The notes under the pieces are model-generated. The model was given only the letters and a program-made list of their open reading frames with translations. It ran no database searches and was not told where the DNA came from. A program made the translations under genes and the position numbers. From Deltaproteobacteria bacterium (GTDB lineage: Bacteria > Desulfobacterota > Binatia > HRBIN30 > CADEER01), in assembly GCA_029262455.1 (NCBI GenBank), contig JAJCZJ010000087.1:11135-75134 (forward strand): DNA of 64,000 bases, written 5' to 3'. Position 1 is the stretch's first letter, and each line of letters opens with the position of its first letter. Of the stretch, positions 10,028 to 19,097 are shown piece after piece.

Positions 10028-11401
10028 TTATGAGGCCTTCTTCACGTGGATGAGTTTCTTGTTCACGAACTCCAGGATTCCCAAATGCGACAGCTCCCGC
10101 CCGTAGCCGGAATTCTTCGTACCGCCGAACGGCAACTCGGCCTGCGATCTCGTCGGCTGGTTGATAAACATCATTCCGGTATCGATCTGTTCGGCGAATC
10201 GCCGAGCACGTTCGATGTCTTTCGTGTACACCGAGCCGCCAAGACCATACGAAGAGTCGTTCGCAAGCTCGATCGCCGCGGCTTCATCCTTAACGACGTA
10301 AACGCTCGCGACCGGGCCAAATAGCTCCTGGTCATAGGTGGGCATGTCCGGCTCGATGTCGGTCAAAATTGTGGGGTTGAAGTAGGCGCCCTCGCGATCC
10401 GGGCGACCGCCGCCGAGGACCACAGTCGCGCCAGCATCAATCGTCTTCTGAACCAACGCCGCCAACCGCACAGCCGCATCTTCAGACGATAGAGGTCCAA
10501 CGTCGGTGTCCTCGTTCATCGGGTCGCCCATTTTCATTGCAGACAATTTGGAAGCAAAGGCGGATAGAAACTCCTCCGCGACCGCCTCGACGACGATGAA
10601 TCTCTTCGAGGCGACACAGGACTGTCCGGTGTTGACCATCCGTCCCTTGATCGCCATTTCGACGACGTTGTCCATGTCGGCGTCTTCGAGCACGACGAAC
10701 GCATCGTTGCCGCCGAGTTCGAGCACCGAACGTTTCAAGTTCTTACCAGCAGTGCCGGCGACCGCACCACCCGCCTTTTCGCTACCGGTCAGAGAAACGC
10801 CCCGAATCGACTTGTGCTCAATGATCGAATCGACAAATTCAACCGGAATGAACAGGTTCGTATAGACTCCCTGCGGCAGTCCGGACGTGTCGAACAATGT
10901 CTGTATCGCTTCTGCGCACTGAGGCACGATGCCCGCGTGTTTCACCAAGACGGTGTTGCCGGCCATGATGTTCGGAGCGGCGAAGCGAATTACCTGATAG
11001 AAGGGGAAATTCCAGGGCATCACGCCCAACAGAGCTCCGATCGGAGCGAAGTGCAGGTACGCGTCGGCGTCCGCTACGTCGAGTTTTTGATCGGCGAGAA
11101 ACGATTCCGCACCGCGTGCGTAATACTCGGCGATCTCCGCGCAATAGACGATCTCGCGCCGACTCTCCTCAATCCGCTTGCCCATTTCCAGAGTGATGAT
11201 CTTGGCGAATTCGTCGGTACGATCACGAAGCTCGCCGGCAACGTTAAGCATGACCGCCGCGCGATCTGCGAACGTCGATCTGCGCCACTGACCGAAGGCA
11301 TCGTGAGCCTTCTCGACTGCCTCGATGGTCTGGTCCTTGGTCAGCGGAATAAACGTCTTCACTTCCTCATTCGTGGCCGGGTTCACACTGCGGATTGACA
11401 T
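10028..11401 (-). CDS. NAD(P)-dependent aldehyde dehydrogenase (succinate-semialdehyde dehydrogenase-like)
   Basis: 457 aa with ALDH-family signatures (VLELGGND; FINQPT...PFGGTKNSGYGRE). GAGGA sits 7 nt before the ATG. Confidence 0.9.
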   Translation of the reverse strand: MSIRSVNPATNEEVKTFIPLTKDQTIEAVEKAHDAFGQWRRSTFADRAAVMLNVAGELRDRTDEFAKIITLEMGKRIEESRREIVYCAEIAEYYARGAESFLADQKLDVADADAYLHFAPIGALLGVMPWNFPFYQVIRFAAPNIMAGNTVLVKHAGIVPQCAEAIQTLFDTSGLPQGVYTNLFIPVEFVDSIIEHKSIRGVSLTGSEKAGGAVAGTAGKNLKRSVLELGGNDAFVVLEDADMDNVVEMAIKGRMVNTGQSCVASKRFIVVEAVAEEFLSAFASKLSAMKMGDPMNEDTDVGPLSSEDAAVRLAALVQKTIDAGATVVLGGGRPDREGAYFNPTILTDIEPDMPTYDQELFGPVASVYVVKDEAAAIELANDSSYGLGGSVYTKDIERARRFAEQIDTGMMFINQPTRSQAELPFGGTKNSGYGRELSHLGILEFVNKKLIHVKKAS

Positions 11402-11430
11402 TTAGGATCCTCAAGTTTTGTGATTTTGCT

Positions 11431-11515
11431 GGGAGACATTCCGCGATTCTAACGTGCTCAGTTAGCGCAAGATGCGTGCCGAGCCCGAGCCAGCCGGATT
11501 TCGAACCCGTCTCCC
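11431..11515. other. 85-nt structured element closed by a perfect 7-bp helix; tRNA-like features but not a tRNA
   Basis: gggagac (11431-37) pairs with gtctccc (11509-15). Internal hairpins: ctaac-N7-gttag (11449-65), gcgca-aga-tgcgt (11466-78) and a T-arm-like GGGTTCGAAATCC on the minus strand (11498-11510). Lies about 30 nt upstream of the ALDH start on the minus strand. Confidence 0.4.
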
Positions 11516-11731
11516 CCTCTCCAACACGTCGGTTGGGCAAGATCGGGCTGATGAGAGCGAACTCAACGGCGATCATTGTAAAAACGACAGCGGTCCCACG
11601 CACTCCCCCGGCCGGAGCGACTGGAGTTCGCATCGCACCGGACACTTCACTTTGTAGAATCCCCCACCGAGCCGGGGAAGAACTTTCACACAGCCCCATG
11701 CCGACGACAAGGGAGCCTACAACGACCCCAT

Positions 11732-11747
11732 TGGCATACGCCTTGCT
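11732..11747 (+). promoter_or_regulatory. Candidate sigma54 promoter (-24/-12) for the PRC-barrel/BON unit
   Basis: TGGCATacgccTTGCT with GG-N10-GC spacing, about 80 nt upstream of the ATG at 11827. Confidence 0.55.
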
Positions 11748-11826
11748 CACTACAGGTGGACCGAACCGGTTGGCCGGGCCGTAACGGAGCCCGGGATCTA
11801 CTGGCTCCGAAGAGGAGGATAGCGCC

Positions 11827-12177
11827 ATGTCCAAGGCAAATGTACTTTCAGGCAGCAGTGTCACCGGCGACGATGTCGTCAATGGCGCCGGCGAAAACCT
11901 GGGAAGCATCTACGATCTGATGCTCGACGTCGAAAGCGGGATCATCGCGTACGCGGTACTGTCGTTCGGTGGATTTCTCGGAATGGGAGACAAGCTTTTC
12001 GCGGTCCCCTGGGGCGCCCTGCGCCTCGACCAAGCGAAGAAGCGATTTGTCCTGAACGTTCCCAAGGAAACCCTCGAAAAGGCCCCGGGCTTCAACAAAG
12101 ACGATTGGCCCGACTTCGCAGATCGCGATCTCGGAGCCAGCCTCTACAGCTACTACGGAACCAAAGCCTATTGGTAA
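11827..12177 (+). CDS. PRC-barrel domain protein
   Basis: 116 aa with VVNGAGENLGSIYDLMLDVESGIIAYAVLSFGGFLGMGDKLFAVPW, typical of the PRC-barrel family. Confidence 0.8.
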   Translation: MSKANVLSGSSVTGDDVVNGAGENLGSIYDLMLDVESGIIAYAVLSFGGFLGMGDKLFAVPWGALRLDQAKKRFVLNVPKETLEKAPGFNKDDWPDFADRDLGASLYSYYGTKAYW

Positions 12178-12226
12178 TTGAAGAAGCGGCGGCCGATACA
12201 ACCGCCGCGTCGGAAGGAGTCATATC

Positions 12227-13561
12227 ATGAAAAATTTCCGCAGGACTTTCCGGCAGGTGCTCGGCTCAACACTGGCCGCCAGCATCTTCCTATGTAGCGC
12301 CGCTTCGGGCGCTGCCGAAACTAAGGCAACCTGGCGCCCAGACGCTTGGGTAACAGCAAAGACAAAGATGTCACTCGCAACCGACCGCGAAGTCGGTTTC
12401 ACGTACATCAATGTCGACACGGTCAACGGTCGCGTCACTCTCCACGGCAAGGTGTACGACGAGGCCGAGCGGGTTCGCGCCGAAGAGGTCGCCGTCGGCG
12501 TCGAGGGCGCCGTCGAAGTGCGCAACCTACTCCAGGTCGTTCCCAAACCAAAGATGGATCGAGTCAAACAGGTCGACGCGAAAGTCTCTACCGCCGTCAC
12601 GGCAGCTCTCGACGCCAACACAGAACTCGAAGACAGCTCCATCCAGGTGCAGTCAGTCAACGACGGCGTCGTCCTTTTGGCTGGACAGGCGAGTTCACTG
12701 CTGGCACACCTCGAGGCGATTCGGACCGCGAGTCGAGTCGACGGAGTCCGCGATGTAGCTACCGAGATCGAAACTGGCGACCGCCTCTACGACGACAGAC
12801 TCTGGCATGACTCGCCCGCGGCAAGCGAGATCGACGTCGTGGTGGCAGCAGACGACGCCGAAGCGCGTGCAGAAAGCCTGACCAAAAAGACTGTGGATTC
12901 TGTGAAGAAAACAGGTGCCGCCGTCGCCCAAGGCACAAAAGACATGGGCTCCCGCGCCGCAGCTTCAATGAAGAACGCCGGAAAAGCGACGAAGGACTTG
13001 GCCGTCCGGGCGAAGGATGCAACCGTCGAAGCCGCCAGCGACATGGCTGACGCGACTGGCAATGCCGCGTCCACGACGTATGGCGCGGTCAGCGACGCGT
13101 GGATCACATCTGCCACCAAGACGAAGATGCTCGCTGATTCAGACGTTCCGGCGCTGTGGATCAACGTCGACACGTCAGACGGAATCGTGACCCTCTTCGG
13201 CACAGTGGCCTCAGAAAACCAACGGGATGCCGCGGTTCGGATCGCCGGCGATGTCAACGGCGTCGTCAAAGTCAACGACGCTCTCCAGGTCGATACATCG
13301 CTGGCCACGAAAACCGCTGGGGAAGACCGGAAAGACGATCAAATCCAACAGGACATTCGCGACGCGCTCGCAAAACAGTCGCGATTCTCGACGGCGAAAA
13401 TTGATGTGACCGTGGACTCTGGTCAAGTTGAGCTCAGCGGGACAGCGCCAAACTCAGAGGTCAAGATGGCCGCCGCCGTCACCACACGGGCGGTCGATGG
13501 CGTGAGAGCCGTGCGCAACAAGATTCGCGTCAAAGCTAGCGCGGCGGGCGATCAGGGCTAA
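12227..13561 (+). CDS. Secreted multi-BON-domain protein (OsmY-like)
   Basis: Signal peptide plus four BON-like units (VDTVNGRVTLHGKV, VQSVNDGVVLLAGQASS, VDTSDGIVTLFGTVAS, VTVDSGQVELSGTAPN). GGAAGGAG ribosome-binding site. Confidence 0.85.
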   Translation: MKNFRRTFRQVLGSTLAASIFLCSAASGAAETKATWRPDAWVTAKTKMSLATDREVGFTYINVDTVNGRVTLHGKVYDEAERVRAEEVAVGVEGAVEVRNLLQVVPKPKMDRVKQVDAKVSTAVTAALDANTELEDSSIQVQSVNDGVVLLAGQASSLLAHLEAIRTASRVDGVRDVATEIETGDRLYDDRLWHDSPAASEIDVVVAADDAEARAESLTKKTVDSVKKTGAAVAQGTKDMGSRAAASMKNAGKATKDLAVRAKDATVEAASDMADATGNAASTTYGAVSDAWITSATKTKMLADSDVPALWINVDTSDGIVTLFGTVASENQRDAAVRIAGDVNGVVKVNDALQVDTSLATKTAGEDRKDDQIQQDIRDALAKQSRFSTAKIDVTVDSGQVELSGTAPNSEVKMAAAVTTRAVDGVRAVRNKIRVKASAAGDQG

Positions 13562-13582
13562 CGGCTTCGCCTTCGCAACAGG

Positions 13583-13600
13583 CGGCAGCTTCGGCTGCCG
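13583..13600 (+). terminator. Hairpin after the BON gene
   Basis: cggcagc-ttcg-gctgccg (7-bp stem, tetraloop) followed by tt; the U-tract is weak. Confidence 0.4.
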
Positions 13601-13832
13601 TTGGGATCGGGTGCCAGTCGAGCGTCGTCGTAACGAATGTGGGTTCGACAAGTGGCTGGTGGTGGTGGATTGTTCGACGGAAGGACAACTGGCGCCCGCC
13701 CCACCTCCAGCCGCGTTGCGGCGGAGAAAGAAAAAGATTCGCGAACGATGGCGTTGCCGAGCCTCGACCTGCAACGCGAACCTCGACCAGCCGGCTACGT
13801 CCCGAGAGCGCGCTCAAACTGAACCGCCCAGG

Positions 13833-15176
13833 TCAAATCCCCTCTGCCTCGTACAAGTTCAGGCGGTTGTAGAGAGTTTTCAAACTGATCCCGAGAACCT
13901 CCGCCGCTTTTTTCTTGTCTCCGTCGAGGTCATCCAGGGTCGCCAGGATGAGATTGCGTTCGACATCGGCGATGGTTCTGCCGACCTCCAGAGCAGGACC
14001 GGCGGAAGGTTCGTGAGTCGGCGCATCACTGAACAGCTCGGCACCGATTTCATCATCGGCTAGGATGGCCACGCGTTCGATCATGTTTTTGAGTTCCCGG
14101 ACATTTCCGGGCCACGGCAGTTCGGAAAGCCGGCGCTGTGCCTCCTCGGTCATGCGCTTGGCCGAGCCCTCCCGCGCGTTGATCTGGTTCAGAAAATGCT
14201 CGCCCAGTTGCAGGACATCCGGCCCCCGCTCACGAAGCGGCGGCAGTGCGATCGGGAAGACATTCAATCGATAAAACAGATCCTCCCGCAACTTACCTTC
14301 TTCGATCGCTTCGGCAGGGTCTCGATTCGATGCACTCACGACGCGCACATCGACGTCGACGGGTGTTGTGGCGCCGAGCCGGACCACCTCGCCCGCCTCG
14401 AGAGCACGCAGCAGCTTTACCTGCAACTCGATCGGCATCTCTGTAATCTCATCGAGAAAAAGAGTGCCGCCATTGGCAACTTCGAAGTACCCTTGGCGAC
14501 GACTGTCCGCGCCGGTGAAACTGCCTTTCTCGTGGCCGAATAATTCGCTCTCGATGAGGCTTGCCGAAACCGCGCCACAATTGAGAGCGACAAACGGGTG
14601 GTCACGGCGTTTGCTGAGATTGTGAACCGTCTGCGCCACGAGCTCTTTGCCGGTCCCACTTTCGCCGGTGACGAAGACGGAGCTCTGCGTTGGCGCCACA
14701 CGCGAAATGAGATCATAGACTTGCTGCATCGGCGCCGATCGCCCCACCATCTCGCCGAATCGGCCGAGGCCGCGCAGCTCGTCGCGCAGGGACGATACGT
14801 CGCGCCGGAGACCGCGCGTACGCGCGACGTTCATCAGCACGGTTTTCAAGCGAGCACGATCGACCGGCTTCGACAGGTAATCCAGGGCGCCTTTCCGAAG
14901 CGCAGCGACAGCGCTCTCGACCGCTACGTGGCCGGTCATCACAACGAATTCCGTATCCCGCGCCAGTTCTTCGTCTGACAGAAGTTCGAGCCCCTCGCCG
15001 TCCGGCAATACGAGATCGAGAAGAACGACGTCCGGCGCTTGCTCCTCGATTTCACGACGCGCCGCAGCGAGACTATCTGCTTGACGCGTTAGAAACCCTT
15101 CTCGCTCGACCAACATGGCAACACTGGCTCGCAAGTCCTCGTCGTCCTCGACGATCAGTGCCAACAGTTCAGTCAT
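13833..15176 (-). CDS. Sigma54-dependent response regulator (NtrC family bEBP), copy 1
   Basis: Receiver domain (LLDLVLPDGEG), AAA+ domain with GESGTGKE and the sigma54-contact loop GSFTGA, and a C-terminal Fis-type HTH. ATGA overlap with the upstream RR gene. Confidence 0.93.
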   Translation of the reverse strand: MTELLALIVEDDEDLRASVAMLVEREGFLTRQADSLAAARREIEEQAPDVVLLDLVLPDGEGLELLSDEELARDTEFVVMTGHVAVESAVAALRKGALDYLSKPVDRARLKTVLMNVARTRGLRRDVSSLRDELRGLGRFGEMVGRSAPMQQVYDLISRVAPTQSSVFVTGESGTGKELVAQTVHNLSKRRDHPFVALNCGAVSASLIESELFGHEKGSFTGADSRRQGYFEVANGGTLFLDEITEMPIELQVKLLRALEAGEVVRLGATTPVDVDVRVVSASNRDPAEAIEEGKLREDLFYRLNVFPIALPPLRERGPDVLQLGEHFLNQINAREGSAKRMTEEAQRRLSELPWPGNVRELKNMIERVAILADDEIGAELFSDAPTHEPSAGPALEVGRTIADVERNLILATLDDLDGDKKKAAEVLGISLKTLYNRLNLYEAEGI

Positions 15177-15619
15177 ACGGTCGCCGCCTTCGCAGTCTTG
15201 TTCAGCTCAGTCCAGTAACGCGCCGCCTCGGCGTAGTACACACCCGGTCCGCGTGGGTCGAAGCGCTTTAACAGGAAGCTGTTGGCTCCGAGCGCATAGC
15301 TCCGCTCGATATCCTCGGTCCGATCAGAGCTCGAGAGCACGACAACCGGCAGCATCGCCGTGCGCGGATCACTCCGGAGGCGAACTAAGACTTCCCAGCC
15401 GTCAACCCGCGGCATTTTGAGATCCAAGAACACCACTTGCGGCAAGCGCGGCTGCGACACTCGATCCGGCGGCTCCAAGCCCACCGCCTCGAGCGCGCCC
15501 TGACCGTCTACCGCGACCTCCACTTTGACGTCGAGCCCGGAACGACGGAGTGCTCGAAGAGCGACATCGATTTCGTCGCGATCGTCCTCTACGATTAGAA
15601 TCTCTGGAGACCTCTTCAC
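15173..15619 (-). CDS. Single-domain response regulator (CheY-like receiver)
   Basis: EILIVEDDRDEIDVALRAL...VVFLDLKMPRVDGWEVL. GTG at 15619 overlaps the HK stop (GTGA) and is preferred over the ATG at 15685, which would overlap the HK by 70 nt. Confidence 0.85.
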   Translation of the reverse strand: MKRSPEILIVEDDRDEIDVALRALRRSGLDVKVEVAVDGQGALEAVGLEPPDRVSQPRLPQVVFLDLKMPRVDGWEVLVRLRSDPRTAMLPVVVLSSSDRTEDIERSYALGANSFLLKRFDPRGPGVYYAEAARYWTELNKTAKAATV

Positions 15620-17259
15620 GATGATTGTCCTCTCGGTACGGTAAAAGAAAAGCGAGCGCCGGCACCGGGACGGCCAACCGCCCAAACCCGACCGCCGTGG
15701 CGCTTGATGATGCGCGCGACGACGGCCAAACCCACCCCGGCACCCTTGGCACGGTCCGCGGGGTCGATCCGCTCGAAGAGCTCAAACATTTTGGCGGCGA
15801 AGCGGTCTTCAAAACCCCTTCCCGTATCCGATACCTCATACAAGCAGCGATCTTCTTCGATTCGACCACTGACGGTGATCTTCCTCTCGTCGCACCCCCG
15901 TGTATACTTGATGGCGTTACTGAAAAGGTTGACGAAAACGTTTGCCAAGAGCGTCTGATCTCCGATCGCCTCCGGTAGCTCTTCGATGGACAGCTCCACG
16001 TCGGATTGTTCTTCCAACTCTTCGGCGGAACGAGCGTGGACGAACGCGCCGCGCGCCACTTCCGTCATATCGACCGGCTCGCGGGCCAACGCCTCACTGC
16101 CGAGCCGCGAGAACTGCAGAAGACTTTCCAGCAGATCAGTCGCACGCAATGCACTGCGACGGATTCGACCGAGCATCTCCAAGCCTTCGGCGTCCACAAC
16201 CTTATTCTCATAATCCTCCACAAAGATCGCCTCAAAGTTGAGGATCGCACTGAGCGGTGACCGGAGATCGTGAGACACCGTGTAGTTGAAGGCTTTCAAA
16301 TCCCCGACGGCGTCTTCCAACGACGCCGTTCGCTCAGCGATCTTCGATTCGAGCTCGGCCCCACGATCCTCCAGAGCCAGATTGGTCGCCGCCAAGAACC
16401 GGGACTGCTGCAAAATGATGCGCAGCTGGTGGGCGACGATCGCCGACCCAACGGAGAGCAAGAGACCGGCCGCCAACAAATAGTGCGGCAGAGGCGTCAA
16501 CTGCCGCGTCGCCAACGACTTCGTCGGACGGAGCGTCAGCATCCAAGCACCCCCGTGCGGCAAAGAGACAGTCTCGGTGACACTCCACCAGCCTTGCGAT
16601 GGGTCGATCGAGGGCGTCCCGCGCGAATAGATCGGCTCGCCATTCCAACCTACGACCAATGCATAACCGACCGCGCGGGCGCGGAGTGTTGACTTCAGAA
16701 ACGGCTCGACGGCAAAACGAGCCGCCAAGCGCCCCGTTTTCCTCTCCGTAGAATGAACAGGCAGGACGACCCAGTAAGAATAGTCGCCGCTCTCGTCGCG
16801 TTCCGGGGCCAACACGTGTGGCTCTTTGAGGTCGGCAGGCAAACCCTTCAAATCGTCAATTTCTTGGGGTCGGGTCTGTTCTTCCGCTACCACCCAACGG
16901 AGCCTCTGTCCGCCGGTCTGCCAGGCGACGTAATCGAGGCCCGGCAGTCGATCCACGCGGTTATCAAGGAGACTTTGCCACTCCTCTTGAGACCTGCTGA
17001 CGAGCATGCTCGAAAGATCGCCTACCAACTGTAGGTTCCCGATCTGCAGATCCAGCTGCGATTTCAGCGCGTTCGTCGTGTGCGAGGCGACAACGGATGT
17101 TGACTTGAGGAGCCGCTCCCTGCGATCGGTGACCATTCGCACCCAAACGGTAGTCGAGAGAACAACCCCTGCCAGCCCAACGATCAAGGGGAGCCAAGCC
17201 CCCCGCCCGAGCCTGGGCAAAAGGTCCTCTCGCCCACCTCGTTTCTTCGATTGCCTCAT
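15616..17259 (-). CDS. Membrane sensor histidine kinase with a large extracytoplasmic domain
   Basis: N-terminal TM helix, about 230-aa periplasmic region, second TM helix, HisKA H-box (VSHDLRSPL) and HATPase_c (GAGVGLAVV). ATG at 17259; an alternative TTG lies at 17292. Confidence 0.88.
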   Translation of the reverse strand: MRQSKKRGGREDLLPRLGRGAWLPLIVGLAGVVLSTTVWVRMVTDRRERLLKSTSVVASHTTNALKSQLDLQIGNLQLVGDLSSMLVSRSQEEWQSLLDNRVDRLPGLDYVAWQTGGQRLRWVVAEEQTRPQEIDDLKGLPADLKEPHVLAPERDESGDYSYWVVLPVHSTERKTGRLAARFAVEPFLKSTLRARAVGYALVVGWNGEPIYSRGTPSIDPSQGWWSVTETVSLPHGGAWMLTLRPTKSLATRQLTPLPHYLLAAGLLLSVGSAIVAHQLRIILQQSRFLAATNLALEDRGAELESKIAERTASLEDAVGDLKAFNYTVSHDLRSPLSAILNFEAIFVEDYENKVVDAEGLEMLGRIRRSALRATDLLESLLQFSRLGSEALAREPVDMTEVARGAFVHARSAEELEEQSDVELSIEELPEAIGDQTLLANVFVNLFSNAIKYTRGCDERKITVSGRIEEDRCLYEVSDTGRGFEDRFAAKMFELFERIDPADRAKGAGVGLAVVARIIKRHGGRVWAVGRPGAGARFSFTVPRGQSS

Positions 17260-17548
17260 GTCTCTGGAGTCGTGCAACACGGCCTTCGTCAATCCGCTAG
17301 GCGAGTCTCAAAAGTCTCAGTGGTTGGCCCATGCCATCGAACGAGACATTCTCGAGAACTCAAACACTACCAAATCCCGTGCTCCATATGCTCGATCGAG
17401 GCCTGCGACTGGTGCGTTTGCGTGCTCTCTTTCAACACTCCTACACCCACGGCCTCCTCGAACCTTCCCATTCGCACAAAATGCAAAAGGAAGTTCAACA
17501 GGATCCCAAGACTGGAAGCAGCAACCCCAAACACAACTATAAAATGGC

Positions 17549-17564
17549 TGGCACACAATATGCT
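17549..17564 (+). promoter_or_regulatory. Candidate sigma54 promoter upstream of the SRPBCC gene
   Basis: TGGCACacaatATGCT with GG-N10-GC spacing. It lies very close to the annotated GTG at 17579, so the true start may be the TTG at 17603. Confidence 0.4.
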
Positions 17565-17578
17565 GCCGATAGCGGGAC

Positions 17579-18088
17579 GTGGGTTGTTCCAACGAAAACA
17601 CATTGCAATTTTCGTCAGCACTCAGAGAGTCCGTCATCGTCGACGCGCCCATTGAGGCGGCCTTTGCAAGCTGGCAAGAATACGCGGAATTGCCTTCCAA
17701 AATGGAAAGTGTGAGCCAAGTGAAGCTCATCACTCCCACTTGGTTGCTCTGGGAACTCAACATCGCTGGATACCAGCTCCTCTGGGAGGCAGAGATCACG
17801 TCCACAACGCATCCCCGTCGAATCATTTGGGAGGGCCGCAGAGGCGCTCGGCACGCCGGCGAAGTCCGCTTCGACGAAGTCGCGCCATCGCGCACTCGAG
17901 TCACCGTCAGCATCTCCTACAACCCAAGCACTCTCGCCCAGCTCGGGCTCGCTCGCCTCGGCGCAGTAGACCTGTGCGTCCGCCGAAACCTGATCTGCTT
18001 TCAGCGATCGCTCGAGCGCAACCGAAAGACCGGCATCTTGGCAATCACCCTCCTGTCGCATAGCGATCGATCGGCCCACGGCGCCTAG
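17579..18088 (+). CDS. SRPBCC (polyketide cyclase/dehydrase-like) domain protein
   Basis: RESVIVDAPIEAAFASWQEYAELPSKMESV...IIWEGRRGARHAGEVRFDEVAPSRTRVTV, the typical SRPBCC layout. Confidence 0.7.
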   Translation: MGCSNENTLQFSSALRESVIVDAPIEAAFASWQEYAELPSKMESVSQVKLITPTWLLWELNIAGYQLLWEAEITSTTHPRRIIWEGRRGARHAGEVRFDEVAPSRTRVTVSISYNPSTLAQLGLARLGAVDLCVRRNLICFQRSLERNRKTGILAITLLSHSDRSAHGA

Positions 18089-18711
18089 AACCGCGACGCG
18101 ACTTCTTGGGTCGGTTGCAGAACCCCACAACCAAATCGTTTGCCCGCTCCGCCGCTCGGATTGCTGCTGTGGTCGTCGGTTCCCTGGTGAACGACGACCG
18201 CTGCGCCGTCGTCATCGAGCAAGCGACGCTCTCCCTCGCACACGTTGAGCCAAGGGGCAAAAAATTCTACCGCGACCGCTCCGCTCTCGGGGACGTGTAA
18301 GTTCGGCAAATCTCCATAATGGAAACCTGCCGTGTTTCGGTATCCATGCTCCACATCGGTGGGATTGAAATGCCCTCCGGAAGCAGAGAAATCGGGAGCG
18401 CACACGCCCTTCTCGTGGATGTGAAAACCGTGAACCCCAGCCGACAGACCTCTCAGCCGGGCCCGAACGATCACACCGTTCGGACCGTCCGCAATCACAA
18501 CATTACCGACGTCCTCGTTAGCCGAATTGCGCACCACGGCGGTCGCCGTACACTCCAGCGACTCGCCAACATCCGCCGACAGATGAGACATCAGGAAAAT
18601 ACTCACCCCGCCCGCCACAACCGCGATCGTGACCACTCGCAGTATGGCAGTGATGAGCGTTCGACCCATCGATCCGCGAAAAGAGTCCCCGATCGTCGAT
18701 TCTAGCCGCAT
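18085..18711 (-). CDS. sodC: Periplasmic Cu/Zn superoxide dismutase
   Basis: GVHGFHIHEKGVC, GGHFNP, GDLPNL and HQGTDDHSSNPSGGAGKRFGCGVL. ATG at 18711 with GGGAG 7 nt upstream; a longer GTG ORF extends to 18729. Confidence 0.92.
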   Translation of the reverse strand: MRLESTIGDSFRGSMGRTLITAILRVVTIAVVAGGVSIFLMSHLSADVGESLECTATAVVRNSANEDVGNVVIADGPNGVIVRARLRGLSAGVHGFHIHEKGVCAPDFSASGGHFNPTDVEHGYRNTAGFHYGDLPNLHVPESGAVAVEFFAPWLNVCEGERRLLDDDGAAVVVHQGTDDHSSNPSGGAGKRFGCGVLQPTQEVASRF

Positions 18712-18851
18712 CGCACTACTCCCGCCCACGGATTGGGCACATTGTGAAGAAGGTACACACTCAGCAATAAAAGATTCATTGTTCTCCCTGCATTCAAGTT
18801 CGAGACCACTCTACATATCACAGAGGCAAGGCCGAGTATTTCCCCACGATG

Positions 18852-18867
18852 AGCAGCGACCGTGCCC
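18852..18867 (-). promoter_or_regulatory. Candidate sigma54 promoter for sodC
   Basis: Minus strand reads GGGCACggtcgCTGCT with GG-N10-GC spacing, about 125-140 nt upstream of the sodC start. Confidence 0.4.
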
Positions 18868-18960
18868 AGAATTGCAATGCGGCCTGAAAATCTTAGAAAA
18901 CTCCGGCGGGCTTTACGCTTTTAGAGAAAAGAACCACACGAGGCATTGCCCGACAATTGA

Positions 18961-18976
18961 CGGCATCCATCTTGCT
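18961..18976 (+). promoter_or_regulatory. Candidate sigma54 promoter for the metallothionein ORF
   Basis: CGGCATccatcTTGCT with GG-N10-GC spacing, about 120 nt upstream of the ATG at 19098. Confidence 0.45.
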
Positions 18977-18987
18977 TCAATGTTCAG

Positions 18988-19059
18988 CCAGCGACGGAGA
19001 GTCGCCTCGAGAACCCGCGCCCGAACGTCGCCTCGAGCACCAGCGACGGAGAGTCGCCT
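18988..19059 (+). promoter_or_regulatory. Two exact 20-bp direct repeats, each containing the palindrome GCGAC-N5-GTCGC (candidate operator)
   Basis: ccagcgacggagagtcgcct occurs at 18988-19007 and again at 19040-19059. gtcgcctcgag also recurs at 19001 and 19027. The repeats lie between the candidate promoter and the metallothionein start. Confidence 0.5.
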
Positions 19060-19097
19060 GAAGCCCTACGAAACCAGGACGCCAAAAGGAGATGCCG

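Noticed and set aside
11431-11515. Possible tRNA gene (7-bp acceptor-like helix, T-loop-like GGTTCGAAA, 5-bp stem with a 7-nt loop)
   Set aside because: It is not a functional tRNA on either strand. Only 9 nt are available for a D-arm. The T-arm-like sequence is on the wrong side of the acceptor helix for its strand. The 7-nt loop lacks the U33/purine-37 pattern, and there is no CCA context. It is kept only as an unexplained structured element.
12186-12208. Hairpin gcggcgg-N9-ccgccgc between the PRC-barrel and BON genes, as a terminator
   Set aside because: There is no U-tract, and the BON gene has no separate promoter match. It is more likely an intra-operon stem, so it is not called.
13611-14063. 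150-aa plus-strand ORF, and similar ORFs at 13637 and 13639
   Set aside because: They overlap the 3' end of the bEBP gene in antisense and the terminator region, and the composition is not protein-like.
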